Below are positions 50,448 through 60,329 of a stretch of DNA of 64,000 nucleotides, in pieces. The translations under genes and the position numbers were made by a program. Each line of letters starts with the position of its first letter. Within the stretch, counting starts at the first letter, position 1. The stretch comes from a virus (Duplodnaviria; Caudoviricetes): positions 1 to 64,000 of IMG/VR virus record IMGVR_UViG_2660238657_000001, one strand, 5' to 3'. Below the pieces are notes generated by a model that was not told where the DNA came from, searched no databases, and saw only the letters and a program-made list of their open reading frames with translations.

Positions 50448-51518
50448 TTATAGTACCAACTTATACATTTGTTCTATCGTGTTTCTATGATCTTCTGTTA
50501 ATTCATCCAAAGATGACACTTGTGTTTCCTCTACATACTCTTGCATCTTTAATTTAGCACCATCACCTAATTCACCAAACTTTTGCTTTATTGTATTAAC
50601 CATTTCTTCAATTGTTAGCTTGCGAGTTTTTTCTTCAGCTTGTTTTTCTGACTCTATTTCTTGTTTCTTTGCCATTTCTTGAATGTCTTCATCAGTTACA
50701 GGTTTCAATATTGATGATTTTACTCCTTGTTCAAATGCTTTTAAATAGTTATCTACTGAATAAGGCAAAGAATAAGGTAACTCTTTAAATCTCCCCCCAC
50801 AATCAATTTCTCCATCACTTCTAAAATGCATAGAAACTGATCTTCTTGCTGTTTTATGTTTTACATCATCTCCGTCGCCTATAACTGTCTTATCTACTAC
50901 TAAATATGTAATCATATCTGCCATGTTTTCAAATAATCCTGCATAATCATCTGTTAATGCACAACTTAATTGCATATATTCTTCTTCTGAACTTAGAACA
51001 GCACCTGTATTTTTCTTTTTTAATTTCGTATGTGCGATAAAACAAAGTCCATATCCTGCTCTTTTTAATTTTAATATAGACTCTCTCATTAGATTAATAC
51101 AATATTTTTTACCTCTTCCAAATCCACCAAAAGCACCATTAATACTTTCAATTGTTTTACCGTCTTTCTTTTTTGAATCTCTCATGGTCTTATCTTCAGC
51201 CATAGCCAAGAATTCATCAACTGTATCAATTCCAACCATTCTAAATGTTGTTTTTATTCTTTCTTCGACTAATTCATCAACCCAATCTTCCCAGTCTTCC
51301 CAGTCTTCCACTTGAGGTGAATACAAACCATCTAAAGCATTTTGACCTGGTTCAAAACCGAATAATATTCCTTTTGACATATCTCCATTGTAATGTTTAT
51401 GTATTAAGTCTCTGAACATTGTTGATTTTCCTGTTTTCTTTTCTCCTAAAAGAAAATGTATATAATCTTCTAACCTTACCTTTACTTCTATTGGTTTTAA
51501 TTTTTCTAATCTTCCCAT
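50448..51518 (-). CDS. AAA-family ATPase (Sak4/AAA_24-like)
   Basis: GEKKTGKST, IDTVD, GFGRG, FIAH. Confidence 0.8.
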   Translation of the reverse strand: MGRLEKLKPIEVKVRLEDYIHFLLGEKKTGKSTMFRDLIHKHYNGDMSKGILFGFEPGQNALDGLYSPQVEDWEDWEDWVDELVEERIKTTFRMVGIDTVDEFLAMAEDKTMRDSKKKDGKTIESINGAFGGFGRGKKYCINLMRESILKLKRAGYGLCFIAHTKLKKKNTGAVLSSEEEYMQLSCALTDDYAGLFENMADMITYLVVDKTVIGDGDDVKHKTARRSVSMHFRSDGEIDCGGRFKELPYSLPYSVDNYLKAFEQGVKSSILKPVTDEDIQEMAKKQEIESEKQAEEKTRKLTIEEMVNTIKQKFGELGDGAKLKMQEYVEETQVSSLDELTEDHRNTIEQMYKLVL

Positions 51519-51574
51519 ACCGAAATACCTCCAAATGATTTATTTTTAATTAAATTCTAATTTATAATATTTGC

Positions 51575-52849
51575 CTATTTAAACATTGCGTCAAATTGAG
51601 CTGTAACATCTTGTTTTACTTGTTCTTGTTTTTCTTCTTCCTCTTGTTTTGCTTTTTCTTCTACTTCATTAACCTTATTTTCTATTACCGGTGGGACTAA
51701 ATCTTCAATTTCATATTCTTCCATTAAAGTTTTATCTTCTTCACCTACTGGCATTACCAATCTTAATTCTTTTATTTTATTACCAATTGAATTACCTCTC
51801 ATTTGTTTTATGGCTTGTTCAAGTGTAATAAATCCTAATTTAACTCTTTTCTTTAAATCATTAGATAAATCTTTTTCTGTTAGTTCTACTTCAGAATTAC
51901 CTTCAAATATCATATATCTCCATGATGTTTTATATACTTTATCTCTTTTAATGTTCTCTGCGAATACTCCTGTAAGGTATTCTACACGTTCTTTTATTGC
52001 TTCATCTTCCCAGTTAACCTTTGGATTTGAAAAATCTAATATGTAAGTGACTGGCACAGGTACAACAACTTTGTCCTCTCTTTTATATGTTCTATGTCCT
52101 TGTATATAATATTTTCTACTATGTTTAAAGTCGCTTTTATCAAACGAATCTTTTGTCATATAAAAATTAGTTGTTCCTATTGCCTGGTTTTCTTCATCCT
52201 TTCTAGCTAATCTAATTTGATCTATAACTCTATTGAAATTAGTTTTTAATTCTCCCATCTTATTTACATATTGATTTATTTCAGTATGACCATAAATATA
52301 TATTTTTTGTCCATTTTTTAAATGCTTTTGTATATAATCTATAGCATCACCTGTAAATATAAATTCTTTTTGTATTAATATTGGATTGCCATTACTATCA
52401 GTTTTTGTTTGTTTTATTAACTTACCGTTATCACCATTTACATTAGCTATTTCATTCTCTAAGGCTACTGTAATTTTATTAAAATATGGAATTGTTTCAA
52501 TTACATCTTCATCAAACCTCTTATCAAATGGTATTTTGGTTGTTTTATTAGTACCGTCTTCTTGTTTGTCAGATCTATAAATCCAATTTTGTTTCTTTTT
52601 GTCTTTTCCTCTTTCATCTTTTCCTGTTTCATTTTTAGTACGTTCAATTGCTTCATCTGACCAAAAACCTGCCTCTAATCCTACATATATATTATTTGTA
52701 TCTGATATTTTAACTCCTAGATTTAATCTTTTTTTCATCCATCCATTTTTTCCTGATGGTTCAGTTTTTACATATCTATCCAAATCCTTGTTTATTCTTG
52801 CTTCTCCTACTAATATAAAGTTTTCATTAACTTGTTGTAAATTTGCCAT
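51575..52849 (-). CDS. Phage replication-module protein, possibly ssDNA-binding
   Basis: Beta-rich with acidic tail; position upstream of ATPase-helicase-primase. Confidence 0.5.
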   Translation of the reverse strand: MANLQQVNENFILVGEARINKDLDRYVKTEPSGKNGWMKKRLNLGVKISDTNNIYVGLEAGFWSDEAIERTKNETGKDERGKDKKKQNWIYRSDKQEDGTNKTTKIPFDKRFDEDVIETIPYFNKITVALENEIANVNGDNGKLIKQTKTDSNGNPILIQKEFIFTGDAIDYIQKHLKNGQKIYIYGHTEINQYVNKMGELKTNFNRVIDQIRLARKDEENQAIGTTNFYMTKDSFDKSDFKHSRKYYIQGHRTYKREDKVVVPVPVTYILDFSNPKVNWEDEAIKERVEYLTGVFAENIKRDKVYKTSWRYMIFEGNSEVELTEKDLSNDLKKRVKLGFITLEQAIKQMRGNSIGNKIKELRLVMPVGEEDKTLMEEYEIEDLVPPVIENKVNEVEEKAKQEEEEKQEQVKQDVTAQFDAMFK

Positions 52850-53206
52850 ATATTATTCCTCCTAATTTTTAAGTCTCATTGGACTATTTTATATTTATAT
52901 TTATTTCTAATTTTTAATCATTTGACAATTAGGTGGAATTACTTTAAGCTTTATATGTAACCACCATAATGTCTTTGTTTATCAAACTCTATGACTGCGT
53001 TACATGGGTTAGATGGTCTCAACATCTAACCTTTTATTATAACATGGTGGTCTTACTCTTTTGATTGGTTTCTTACATCCTTTTTTAAATTTCAATCAAT
53101 CACTTCTTTCTGTATATGTTTTAATTTATTTTTATATTTAACACTTTAAATATTTTATATTGGGCAAGTGCCAGTTTATATTTAACCCACACTTGCTAAT
53201 AATCCT

Positions 53207-53791
53207 TTAAAACTCTATATTTATACTCTTTCTACTAGCTAAATAATCACACATATGAACAAATCTTTCTATTCTAGTTTTAGGTGTTGGTAATACTTCT
53301 TTTTTAGTCCTATAATCCTTATTCCATTCCCCCATATGGCTTCTTATTGCTTTAACAATTTGATCTAAAATTTCTGACTTTATTAATCCGTTAATATCAT
53401 CATTCTTATATATGTAATCTGCAACTATTAGTGGATGTTCTGTTTTTGTATACCTCGACTTTTCTATTCCACTTTTACATCCATCATGTAATAATAAAGA
53501 ACTTATAATTATATCTTTTTGAATTGAAGTAAAATCTTGTACTGTATGATTATTGAATAATTCTAATGCTATTTTTACAGCTCCTTTTGTATGTCTAACT
53601 AGTCCACCTTCACCTAACGCATATTGAGGATGATATTTACCTGTTGAACTTGCAGGTACCTCCCAAAAATATTCTGGTAAACTTTCTAATGCCTTAACTG
53701 TAAATTGCTTAATACTTTCGTCATTAATTGAATTAATTTCTGTTTGAAATACTTTTAAATTTTCTTCCATCTTCAGCCTCCATCTAATCAT
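53207..53791 (-). CDS. HD-domain phosphohydrolase
   Basis: PASSTGKYHP, GGLVRHT, LLHD, SHMG, CDYLASR; likely start at MEENL (53770). Confidence 0.85.
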   Translation of the reverse strand: MIRWRLKMEENLKVFQTEINSINDESIKQFTVKALESLPEYFWEVPASSTGKYHPQYALGEGGLVRHTKGAVKIALELFNNHTVQDFTSIQKDIIISSLLLHDGCKSGIEKSRYTKTEHPLIVADYIYKNDDINGLIKSEILDQIVKAIRSHMGEWNKDYRTKKEVLPTPKTRIERFVHMCDYLASRKSINIEF

Positions 53792-53851
53792 CTTTTAATT
53801 TACTCTTATAGTAAGTTTTTGTTTTGTTACTAACTCCTTACTACATTTACT

Positions 53852-53880
53852 AGTATATCATCTATTGTTATTTTTGTCAA
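53852..53880 (-). promoter_or_regulatory. Sigma-A-type promoter
   Basis: TTGACA-N17-TATACT with extended -10 TG. Confidence 0.72.
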
Positions 53881-53928
53881 CCTCTTTTTTAAAATATTTT
53901 AATTTATTTTTGTTATATTTTACTTTAC

Positions 53929-53984
53929 ATAAAATTGCACTTTTATAGTGATTTATAATTTAGGAAACCCTTAATATAAGGGTT
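53929..53984. repeat. ATAAAA-N6-TTTTAT dyad plus AAACCCTT/AAGGGTT accessory dyad
   Basis: ATAAAA TTGCAC TTTTAT (53929-46), 18 nt, AAACCCTT-N5-AAGGGTT (53965-84). Confidence 0.7.
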
Positions 53985-53985
53985 C

Positions 53986-54348
53986 TTATTGACTTTTTCC
54001 AAACCTTCTACCTGAGAATATAGTTAGTACACATGCCAGTATCATTATTCCGCCTACCATAAATAAAAATGGATTTAATTCAGGAAATTCACTATAAGCC
54101 CCAAATCCAATGAAACTTAAGCCAAATATACCTTGAACAAACGCCATAGTATAATACGATTTCGCTGTTTTATTATATACACTTTTATTCCCGTGTACTA
54201 CTTTATTTAAAAACGCTACTTTTTCTTCGCATTTACCTTTACAAGCAATGGTAGCATCTATTTCAACAGCACATTCTTTGCATAAACCTTTATTACAACT
54301 TTTACAGATTGCAACGGCATCTCTTTCTGGATGATTGAAACACTTCAT
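53986..54348 (-). CDS. B-box-like zinc finger membrane protein
   Basis: MKCFNHPERDAVAICKSCNKGLCKEC plus two C-terminal TM helices; GAGGAGG RBS. Confidence 0.75.
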   Translation of the reverse strand: MKCFNHPERDAVAICKSCNKGLCKECAVEIDATIACKGKCEEKVAFLNKVVHGNKSVYNKTAKSYYTMAFVQGIFGLSFIGFGAYSEFPELNPFLFMVGGIMILACVLTIFSGRRFGKSQ

Positions 54349-54483
54349 TTTATCCCTCCTCAAGTATATTTCAGTATATTTTTCTCATATTAATAATACC
54401 ATACTATCTATATTATTCCAATAATAATTAGCACTTGATCTTGACTTGTTTTAGTTTTTAAAGCTATCATCTGTTATTATTAT

Positions 54484-54729
54484 TTAATATTTGGTCTTAA
54501 TTTTCATTTCCTTTAACTCCCTTAAATCTTCCTCTGTTTCTTCAATCCATTGTTTCTGGAGTTCCTTACCTTTCTCTCTTAATAATTTTCTACTATCACT
54601 AACATAATAGCAATCATTATACCATACTGCTTTACCAACAATAATTTTACTCTCCATATATGGATTATTTTTAATCGCTTCGATTATTAATTCCTTTTCC
54701 TTTTTATTAAAATATAAAGAATATGAAAT
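54484..54729 (-). CDS. Hypothetical protein (81 aa) with probable ATT start, not in the ORF track
   Basis: AGGGGTG RBS 7 nt before ATT; 82-codon open frame (SYSLYFNKKEKELIIEAI...). Confidence 0.6.
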   Translation of the reverse strand: MSYSLYFNKKEKELIIEAIKNNPYMESKIIVGKAVWYNDCYYVSDSRKLLREKGKELQKQWIEETEEDLRELKEMKIKTKY

Positions 54730-54774
54730 ATCTCTACACCCCTTCCTCTATAAATTTAAAATTGTATCAAATTT

Positions 54775-54866
54775 ACTCCCACTCTGCATCTATACGGACT
54801 TGTGACCGCTTTATATTATATCTCTACGAATCAACGTGGATATTAATATAAAGTTGCATTAAGAGT
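54775..54866 (-). ncRNA. Twister ribozyme, P1 type
   Basis: ACUCU-UAAUGCAAC-[long P3]-GCGGUCACAAGUCCGUAUAGAUGCAGAGUG-GGAGU matches the twister core UAA...GGUxxCAAGxCC...GCAGAG. Confidence 0.85.
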
Positions 54867-54899
54867 TGGGGGGATATAGAATCCCCCATGTATGTTTAT

Positions 54900-55268
54900 T
54901 TACCCCTCGAACTTTTCTTTTAACTTTAGATACTCTTGATATTTGGCTTCCTCCATTTTCTTTTCTCTTTCTTTATTTTTCTTATCTAATTCTTCTTGCA
55001 TTTGTTTTATTTCTTTTTCTGTAATAATGTTATATTTTAATAATATTCTTCTAATAGAAGGATCACATTTTGATAATACCCACCCTTTTATCCGTTGTTC
55101 ATTCAACACATTGTATATCATGTCGTACTCACTACCTCTACCATTAAACATTAAAACTTCTTTATCTTCAGTAATTATCATTGTTCCGTCTATATCAGCC
55201 ATATGTTCTATACCACAATAAACTATTTTCTTTCCTTCTAATTGTCCTCCACTTGTTAGTACTTTCAT
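54900..55268 (-). CDS. Hypothetical protein with charged C-terminal helix
   Basis: GGAGGGA RBS; ends EYLKLKEKFE. Confidence 0.65.
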   Translation of the reverse strand: MKVLTSGGQLEGKKIVYCGIEHMADIDGTMIITEDKEVLMFNGRGSEYDMIYNVLNEQRIKGWVLSKCDPSIRRILLKYNIITEKEIKQMQEELDKKNKEREKKMEEAKYQEYLKLKEKFEG

Positions 55269-55282
55269 ATATACAGTCCCTC

Positions 55283-55627
55283 CTATTTTTCATTCCTCCA
55301 AAATGGTTTATGATTCCTTTCATTATTTTCTAATCTAGCATAACATTTCTCGCATAGTTTATACTTATGCTTCCAAGGAATTCTACTTAAATCTCGTCCA
55401 CAACATTCGCATTCATTCATATATTGCTGACATTGCTTTTTGCTTTGTCTCTCTAGCTTATCACCCGTATAAATTAATTCTATTTTATTATTAAGTGTTG
55501 AAAGAATCCGTTTAATTCCTTTAAACTCCCACGGTAATGTGCCTATTTTAAATAATTGTGGTATTGAAATTTCTCCATTCCTATCTCTAAAATCTCTATT
55601 CTCAGTTAAATCTACGTTTGCTTTCAT
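55283..55627 (-). CDS. Hypothetical zinc-finger protein
   Basis: CECCG...LCEKC. Confidence 0.65.
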   Translation of the reverse strand: MKANVDLTENRDFRDRNGEISIPQLFKIGTLPWEFKGIKRILSTLNNKIELIYTGDKLERQSKKQCQQYMNECECCGRDLSRIPWKHKYKLCEKCYARLENNERNHKPFWRNEK

Positions 55628-55632
55628 ATTAG

Positions 55633-55832
55633 CTACCTCTTTAAAAATGTTCTAACTTTATGGAATAAGCTTTCCTTTTTCTTTGTATTATTAACTCTAA
55701 CTTTACCTTGTTTAATTTCTAATTGAGATAATTGAGATTTAAGATTATCAATATTCGTAGGAGTATCAATCGTATTAGCAATTTGTTTATGTTTCTTGTT
55801 CTGAAATTCATTTATCATTTTATCTAATGTTA
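55633..55832 (-). CDS. Exon 2 of the group II intron host gene
   Basis: Splicing gives ...DEYCD-L-TLDKMINEF..., a 243-aa product. Confidence 0.8.
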
Positions 55833-58627
55833 ATATGCATAGGTAAGATTTTGAACTTATCGCCATCTTTTCCCCGCATCCACACCCTACGTGCGACTTT
55901 CACCGCATAAGGCGTTCCATCTAAATCCAATTGAAAATTTATAAATTAATTATATAATTATCTTAGCCTTTCTTACCTTTATCACAGGGTTTTTAACTAA
56001 GACTCTTAATTCATTTAGTTTTTTAAGCTGTTTCTTATCTAAACCTACTTTATTCAGCAATTCTTCAATTTTATCTATATCCATTACATGTACTAATTTG
56101 TGTACGTCCGTAGTTAAAACAATTAAATTATCAAAGATATCCGTACCACCTAATTTTTTAGGCTTTTTGTGATGGCAATGCCAACCAAATTTACCTAGAG
56201 GGTGTTTAGATATATAACATTTACCATGCTGTGCAATATATTTACTAATACGATTGTCATTATATTCTATACTCATAGTAGGTATATACGATTCTTTAAT
56301 ATATTTTAAAGTATCCTTATTTATATGCTTCAGTGACTGATGTATTGTCCCCCTACCAACTTTAGTATAATTACATATATCTTGACTAAAGTTTATAGGT
56401 GTTACGTTCTTTTGAGCATATATAGGTGACATAACTACCCCACTTATCATGAAGTATTTAGGGTTATACCCTTTATATCTTTTACGTTGGTGCATAGATA
56501 GATTTTCAGTTTTTGCTTCGGTTCGATTATTTTTAAGTCCTTTTAAGGTCTGAGAACAACTATAGTTTATATCCCTCAAATTTTTTGTTATATGGGTAGC
56601 CACTTTATAGTAGTTTTGTATCCCATGTACCACAGAGTTATATGAATTTATATTTGATTTCGTTGGTCTCTTTTTAATTTTCTTTATTTCTTTTCTAATT
56701 TTAGTAGTAGCGTTAGTTTTAGCTTTATCACTCATATATGTTTTAGCAACCCACAATGTTTTATAATCTTTTGTTTTTCTAAGTTTATTTCTTTTCCATT
56801 CAGCTTTCATTTTAAAACCTAAAAACTCAGAATAGCTTTTCTTTAGATTCAATACCTTAGACTTCTCAGCTGAACATTCTAATCCTAGCCTATTTTTAAG
56901 CATATCTCCTACTGCAATATCTATAGCTTTTGCTTGACTTCTAGTTCTACAAAAAATTTTAAAATCATCGGCATACCTAACAATGTAGATTTCTTTTAGT
57001 TTACTCTTCTTTAACATTTTATTCCTAATACTATGGTCAACCACTATTTTACCTGTTTTAGAGGTTCTATATTTTGTGTAATCTTTATCAGTTTTAAATG
57101 TTTCCCACTGATTAGATACCCACCAATCTAGTTCATTAAGTACTATATTACTTAATAAAGGGCTTAGTATACCACCTTGGGGTACTCCTTTTGTAGGTAT
57201 CCCTATGCCTTCTATTGGTGCTTTTAGCATTACAGATATTATTTTAAGTAGTTTTTTATCTTTTACCCCTAATGCCCATAACTGTTTCAGTAGTTTACCA
57301 TGATTAACATTATCAAAGAATCCTTTTATATCTACATCTACACAGTGGTATAGTTTAGTTATATTTATCAAGTACACTGACCTAGCAATAGCGTGATGTG
57401 TACTCCTATTCGGTCTAAAACCATAACTGTGTTTATGGAACTTCGCTTCACATATAGGCTCTAATACTTGCAATATACATTGTTGGAATAATCTATCCCA
57501 AATAGTGGGTATACCTAAGGGTCTTGTTTTACCATTAGCTTTAGGTATCTCTACTCTCCTTATAGATTTTGGTGTGTAAAAATCAAACATAGTTTTGATT
57601 TTAGTTATTACTTCATCAATATCTATATTATTTATGTCTTTAATTGTAGAACCATCTGTACCCTTAGTCTTACTACCTGTGTTAGATTTTATGTTTCTAT
57701 ACGCTAATCTAATATTATCCTCGTCTGACATTATATTTACTAATTTATAAAAGTTATAACCTTTTTGGCTTTTATAGTACAATGTATCAAAAGTATCTTG
57801 TACATCATAATATTCATTATGCCTAAGTTTCTTCTTGGTCTCCAAGTCGATTACCCCCTTTGTTATAAAATAACAGGGATATATCTTTTTTAGTCACACC
57901 AGAACCTTAAGGACTTAAAGGAACTTAAAAAAAATTATTCAATCTTCATTTAGACTAGTGGCTATCCCTCCATGTTCGTTACACATTTCATAGGTACTGT
58001 GCCACCACTTTCACAAGCATAAAACAAAGTTATCCTTTATTAACTATTATCGTTTTAAGTTTTCCTTTGTACCGTTTCATAGACCATAGAGAGTCTCCAC
58101 GTCACTTGCTTACCATGTTGAAATATATTTATCTATTACGATGAATTTAGGTGCTTTCTTTGAGCCTGTTGGCGTTCCAAAACCTTTAATTTTGCAAGGA
58201 TGTTCACAGTGACCATCATTACTAATCCCCATCCAACCTACCTCTAAGGGTAGAACTACCTCTTCGATAGCCTATATTTCTAGACTCGTACATTCAAAAG
58301 TTCGTCAGAAATTTTTTTAACGTAACGTATAGTTTAATCTCATTCTCACCATGTCCATCAGACACAAGCAATATGATTTACGCCTTACCCCTCGGTTTGG
58401 TTTTCGTCAGCCTAACTGTTACGGTAAATTCTCTTGCCTTGACATCGGGCTTAATACACGCCTAACCCTTATTTAAGTTCGTGCATTCCGACCTCGTGTG
58501 TTCCCTTCAGGGCGTTACCCCTTCATTCGAAACATCAATATATTCCTTTACACTGAAATATTTCAGTGTAGTCTACCTTTACCGAAGTAGCGTTAAACAC
58601 TCTTCATTAATAGACAACATGTCGCAC
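55833..58627 (-). mobile_element. Group II intron (2795 nt, probably bacterial class B)
   Basis: 5' GTGCG; domain V GAACGCCTTATGCGGTGAAAGTCGCACGTAGGGTGT; domain VI ending ...CTATGCATAT; removal restores the reading frame. Confidence 0.92.
55950..57845 (-). CDS. ltrA: Group II intron reverse transcriptase/maturase with HNH endonuclease domain
   Basis: RPLGIP, SYGFRP, PQGGILSP, YADD, C-terminal CHHKKPKKLGGTD...NL....VH. Confidence 0.95.
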   Translation of the reverse strand: METKKKLRHNEYYDVQDTFDTLYYKSQKGYNFYKLVNIMSDEDNIRLAYRNIKSNTGSKTKGTDGSTIKDINNIDIDEVITKIKTMFDFYTPKSIRRVEIPKANGKTRPLGIPTIWDRLFQQCILQVLEPICEAKFHKHSYGFRPNRSTHHAIARSVYLINITKLYHCVDVDIKGFFDNVNHGKLLKQLWALGVKDKKLLKIISVMLKAPIEGIGIPTKGVPQGGILSPLLSNIVLNELDWWVSNQWETFKTDKDYTKYRTSKTGKIVVDHSIRNKMLKKSKLKEIYIVRYADDFKIFCRTRSQAKAIDIAVGDMLKNRLGLECSAEKSKVLNLKKSYSEFLGFKMKAEWKRNKLRKTKDYKTLWVAKTYMSDKAKTNATTKIRKEIKKIKKRPTKSNINSYNSVVHGIQNYYKVATHITKNLRDINYSCSQTLKGLKNNRTEAKTENLSMHQRKRYKGYNPKYFMISGVVMSPIYAQKNVTPINFSQDICNYTKVGRGTIHQSLKHINKDTLKYIKESYIPTMSIEYNDNRISKYIAQHGKCYISKHPLGKFGWHCHHKKPKKLGGTDIFDNLIVLTTDVHKLVHVMDIDKIEELLNKVGLDKKQLKKLNELRVLVKNPVIKVRKAKIII

Positions 58628-59159
58628 AATCACAATATTCATCCACCCAATCTCCTAAGAAATAAAATCTATCTATTACAGCACGGCTTTTCTCATCTTG
58701 AAAAGTACCAAATAATATAGGGTCTTTTTCTCTACGTTCTTTTTCTACCTGCCTTTCCATTTTACCTGTATAGTCAGTAAATAATATATATAACTGGTCA
58801 AATTTACCCTTAGTCTGTTTAATTACTTCTACAATTTCATCTGGTATTTCTCTTTCATAACGTTCTAACTCTATTAGTTTAACTACATCTTTAGCTATAT
58901 CATCTATGTATTCATCTACATCATCCCTATATACAAAAGTATTAATACCCATTTTAACTATTTCTCTTTCTTTTTCTATTGATTCTAGGTGAAATATTAA
59001 TTTCTTTAATCCTGCCGTCTGTTCTGTTGTAACATATTTTTCAGCTAATGTTAATCCGTTATTATAAATTTCTACTAGTTCATCATCCGTAATTGTATGT
59101 TTCTTTTCTTTCAATAAGTCAAAGTATTCTTTTGGTGTTAACTCCTTTTTAATATCCAT
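58628..59159 (-). CDS. Exon 1 of a conserved phage hypothetical gene interrupted by the group II intron
   Basis: GGAGG RBS; YEREIPDE, FTDYT, DPILFG, RFYFLGDWVDEYCD. Confidence 0.8.
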
Positions 59160-59202
59160 AATATACCCTCCTCCAGTTGTTTTTAATTTTATTTTACAAA
59201 CG

Positions 59203-59220
59203 ATAAAAGCATTGTTTTAT
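59203..59220. repeat. ATAAAA-N6-TTTTAT dyad
   Basis: ATAAAA GCATTG TTTTAT; supplies the TAA stop of the adjacent ORF. Confidence 0.65.
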
Positions 59221-59369
59221 GAGTTATTCTTTAGTGCGTGTAATCCCTTAGGCTCATAATTTGTAGGCTCTAAATATCCATCTACCCAATTTAAACAAGT
59301 AGTACAGGGTTTATCATTTGTATTTCTATTGCCATATTCGCAGTCATCGCATAAATTGTATTCTTCCAT
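59217..59369 (-). CDS. Small Cys-rich protein (50 aa), not in the ORF track
   Basis: AGGAGG RBS; MEEYNLCDDCEY...PCTTC. Confidence 0.65.
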   Translation of the reverse strand: MEEYNLCDDCEYGNRNTNDKPCTTCLNWVDGYLEPTNYEPKGLHALKNNS

Positions 59370-59413
59370 CTTTATTCCTCCTTAAATTATTTCTTTTTTC
59401 TCAAATCATTACA

Positions 59414-59785
59414 TCAATTCCATATTTCACCACACTCATTACCGTCAAATGTTAATATTAATACATCGTCATCCTCGCCTATGAATTTAATATAAGAATT
59501 GGGTGCAACATATTTAGCAATAGAATTTAATATGTCTTTATCATCTCCAAGTTTCTCACCACTAAAGTGGTCTAAAATATAATCTCCATTTTTATTCGTA
59601 ATTAGTGGATATCTAATAGCCTCAAAAGCTTCATAAAAATTCTTTGCGCTTATTATATCATGTGGTATTACCCACATTGGTTTGTTATTAGTTAATATGT
59701 ATTCTTTCAATGTTTTAAACGCATTTTCTATATTTGATTTTTTAATTTTAAAATCATGTTCCATAAGATCGATACAGTACCCCAT
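59414..59785 (-). CDS. Conserved phage hypothetical protein
   Basis: AGGAGG RBS; MGY...GEKLGD...SYIKFIGED. Confidence 0.7.
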   Translation of the reverse strand: MGYCIDLMEHDFKIKKSNIENAFKTLKEYILTNNKPMWVIPHDIISAKNFYEAFEAIRYPLITNKNGDYILDHFSGEKLGDDKDILNSIAKYVAPNSYIKFIGEDDDVLILTFDGNECGEIWN

Positions 59786-59869
59786 GTGTTTTGTATTCCT
59801 CCTTTAGATTTACTATACACATCCCTTTATTTTTGTTGCTTTCATCATTATTAAAACCACCTCTTAATT

Positions 59870-60088
59870 TTACTTTTTACTAACTACATATTTCATTACT
59901 TTTTTAACTTTTAATGGCAATTCTAGATGTTCCTGAAAACAATCCTTACTTACATTATTCTCTTTACCACACTTAGGACAATACATAAATGGATATTTGC
60001 TATTTATAACTTCTATATATTCTTTTGAATGTACTATAAATGGGAAATCGCATCTTAAACATTTTAATAAAGCCCATTCATCCAACAA
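59870..60088 (-). CDS. Zinc-ribbon hypothetical protein
   Basis: CLRC...YCPKCG. Confidence 0.6.
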   Translation of the reverse strand: MLDEWALLKCLRCDFPFIVHSKEYIEVINSKYPFMYCPKCGKENNVSKDCFQEHLELPLKVKKVMKYVVSKK

Positions 60089-60107
60089 ACCACCTTCTTT
60101 CTATAAT

Positions 60108-60296
60108 TTACTCAAAATCAAACTCAACCACATAGTAATATTTTTTATTTATATTCCTTAACAAATTATACAATCCACACATACATTTTGCCTTATATTC
60201 CATATCAAAACCTGTCCTTCCAAAACAAAGATACGACTTAACTATTTTTACATATTCGTTGTTATCTGCTCTTCTTTTAACTATGGTATAATACAT
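60108..60296 (-). CDS. Hypothetical protein
   Basis: GGGGGTG RBS. Confidence 0.55.
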   Translation of the reverse strand: MYYTIVKRRADNNEYVKIVKSYLCFGRTGFDMEYKAKCMCGLYNLLRNINKKYYYVVEFDFE

Positions 60297-60329
60297 TTAA
60301 TCACCCCCATTTTTGGATTTATTTTAATC

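Noticed and set aside
55950-57845. Reverse transcriptase as part of a retron, DGR or defence RT
   Set aside because: Flanked by canonical group II intron ends and domain V and carries maturase/HNH regions; no TR/VR pair seen.
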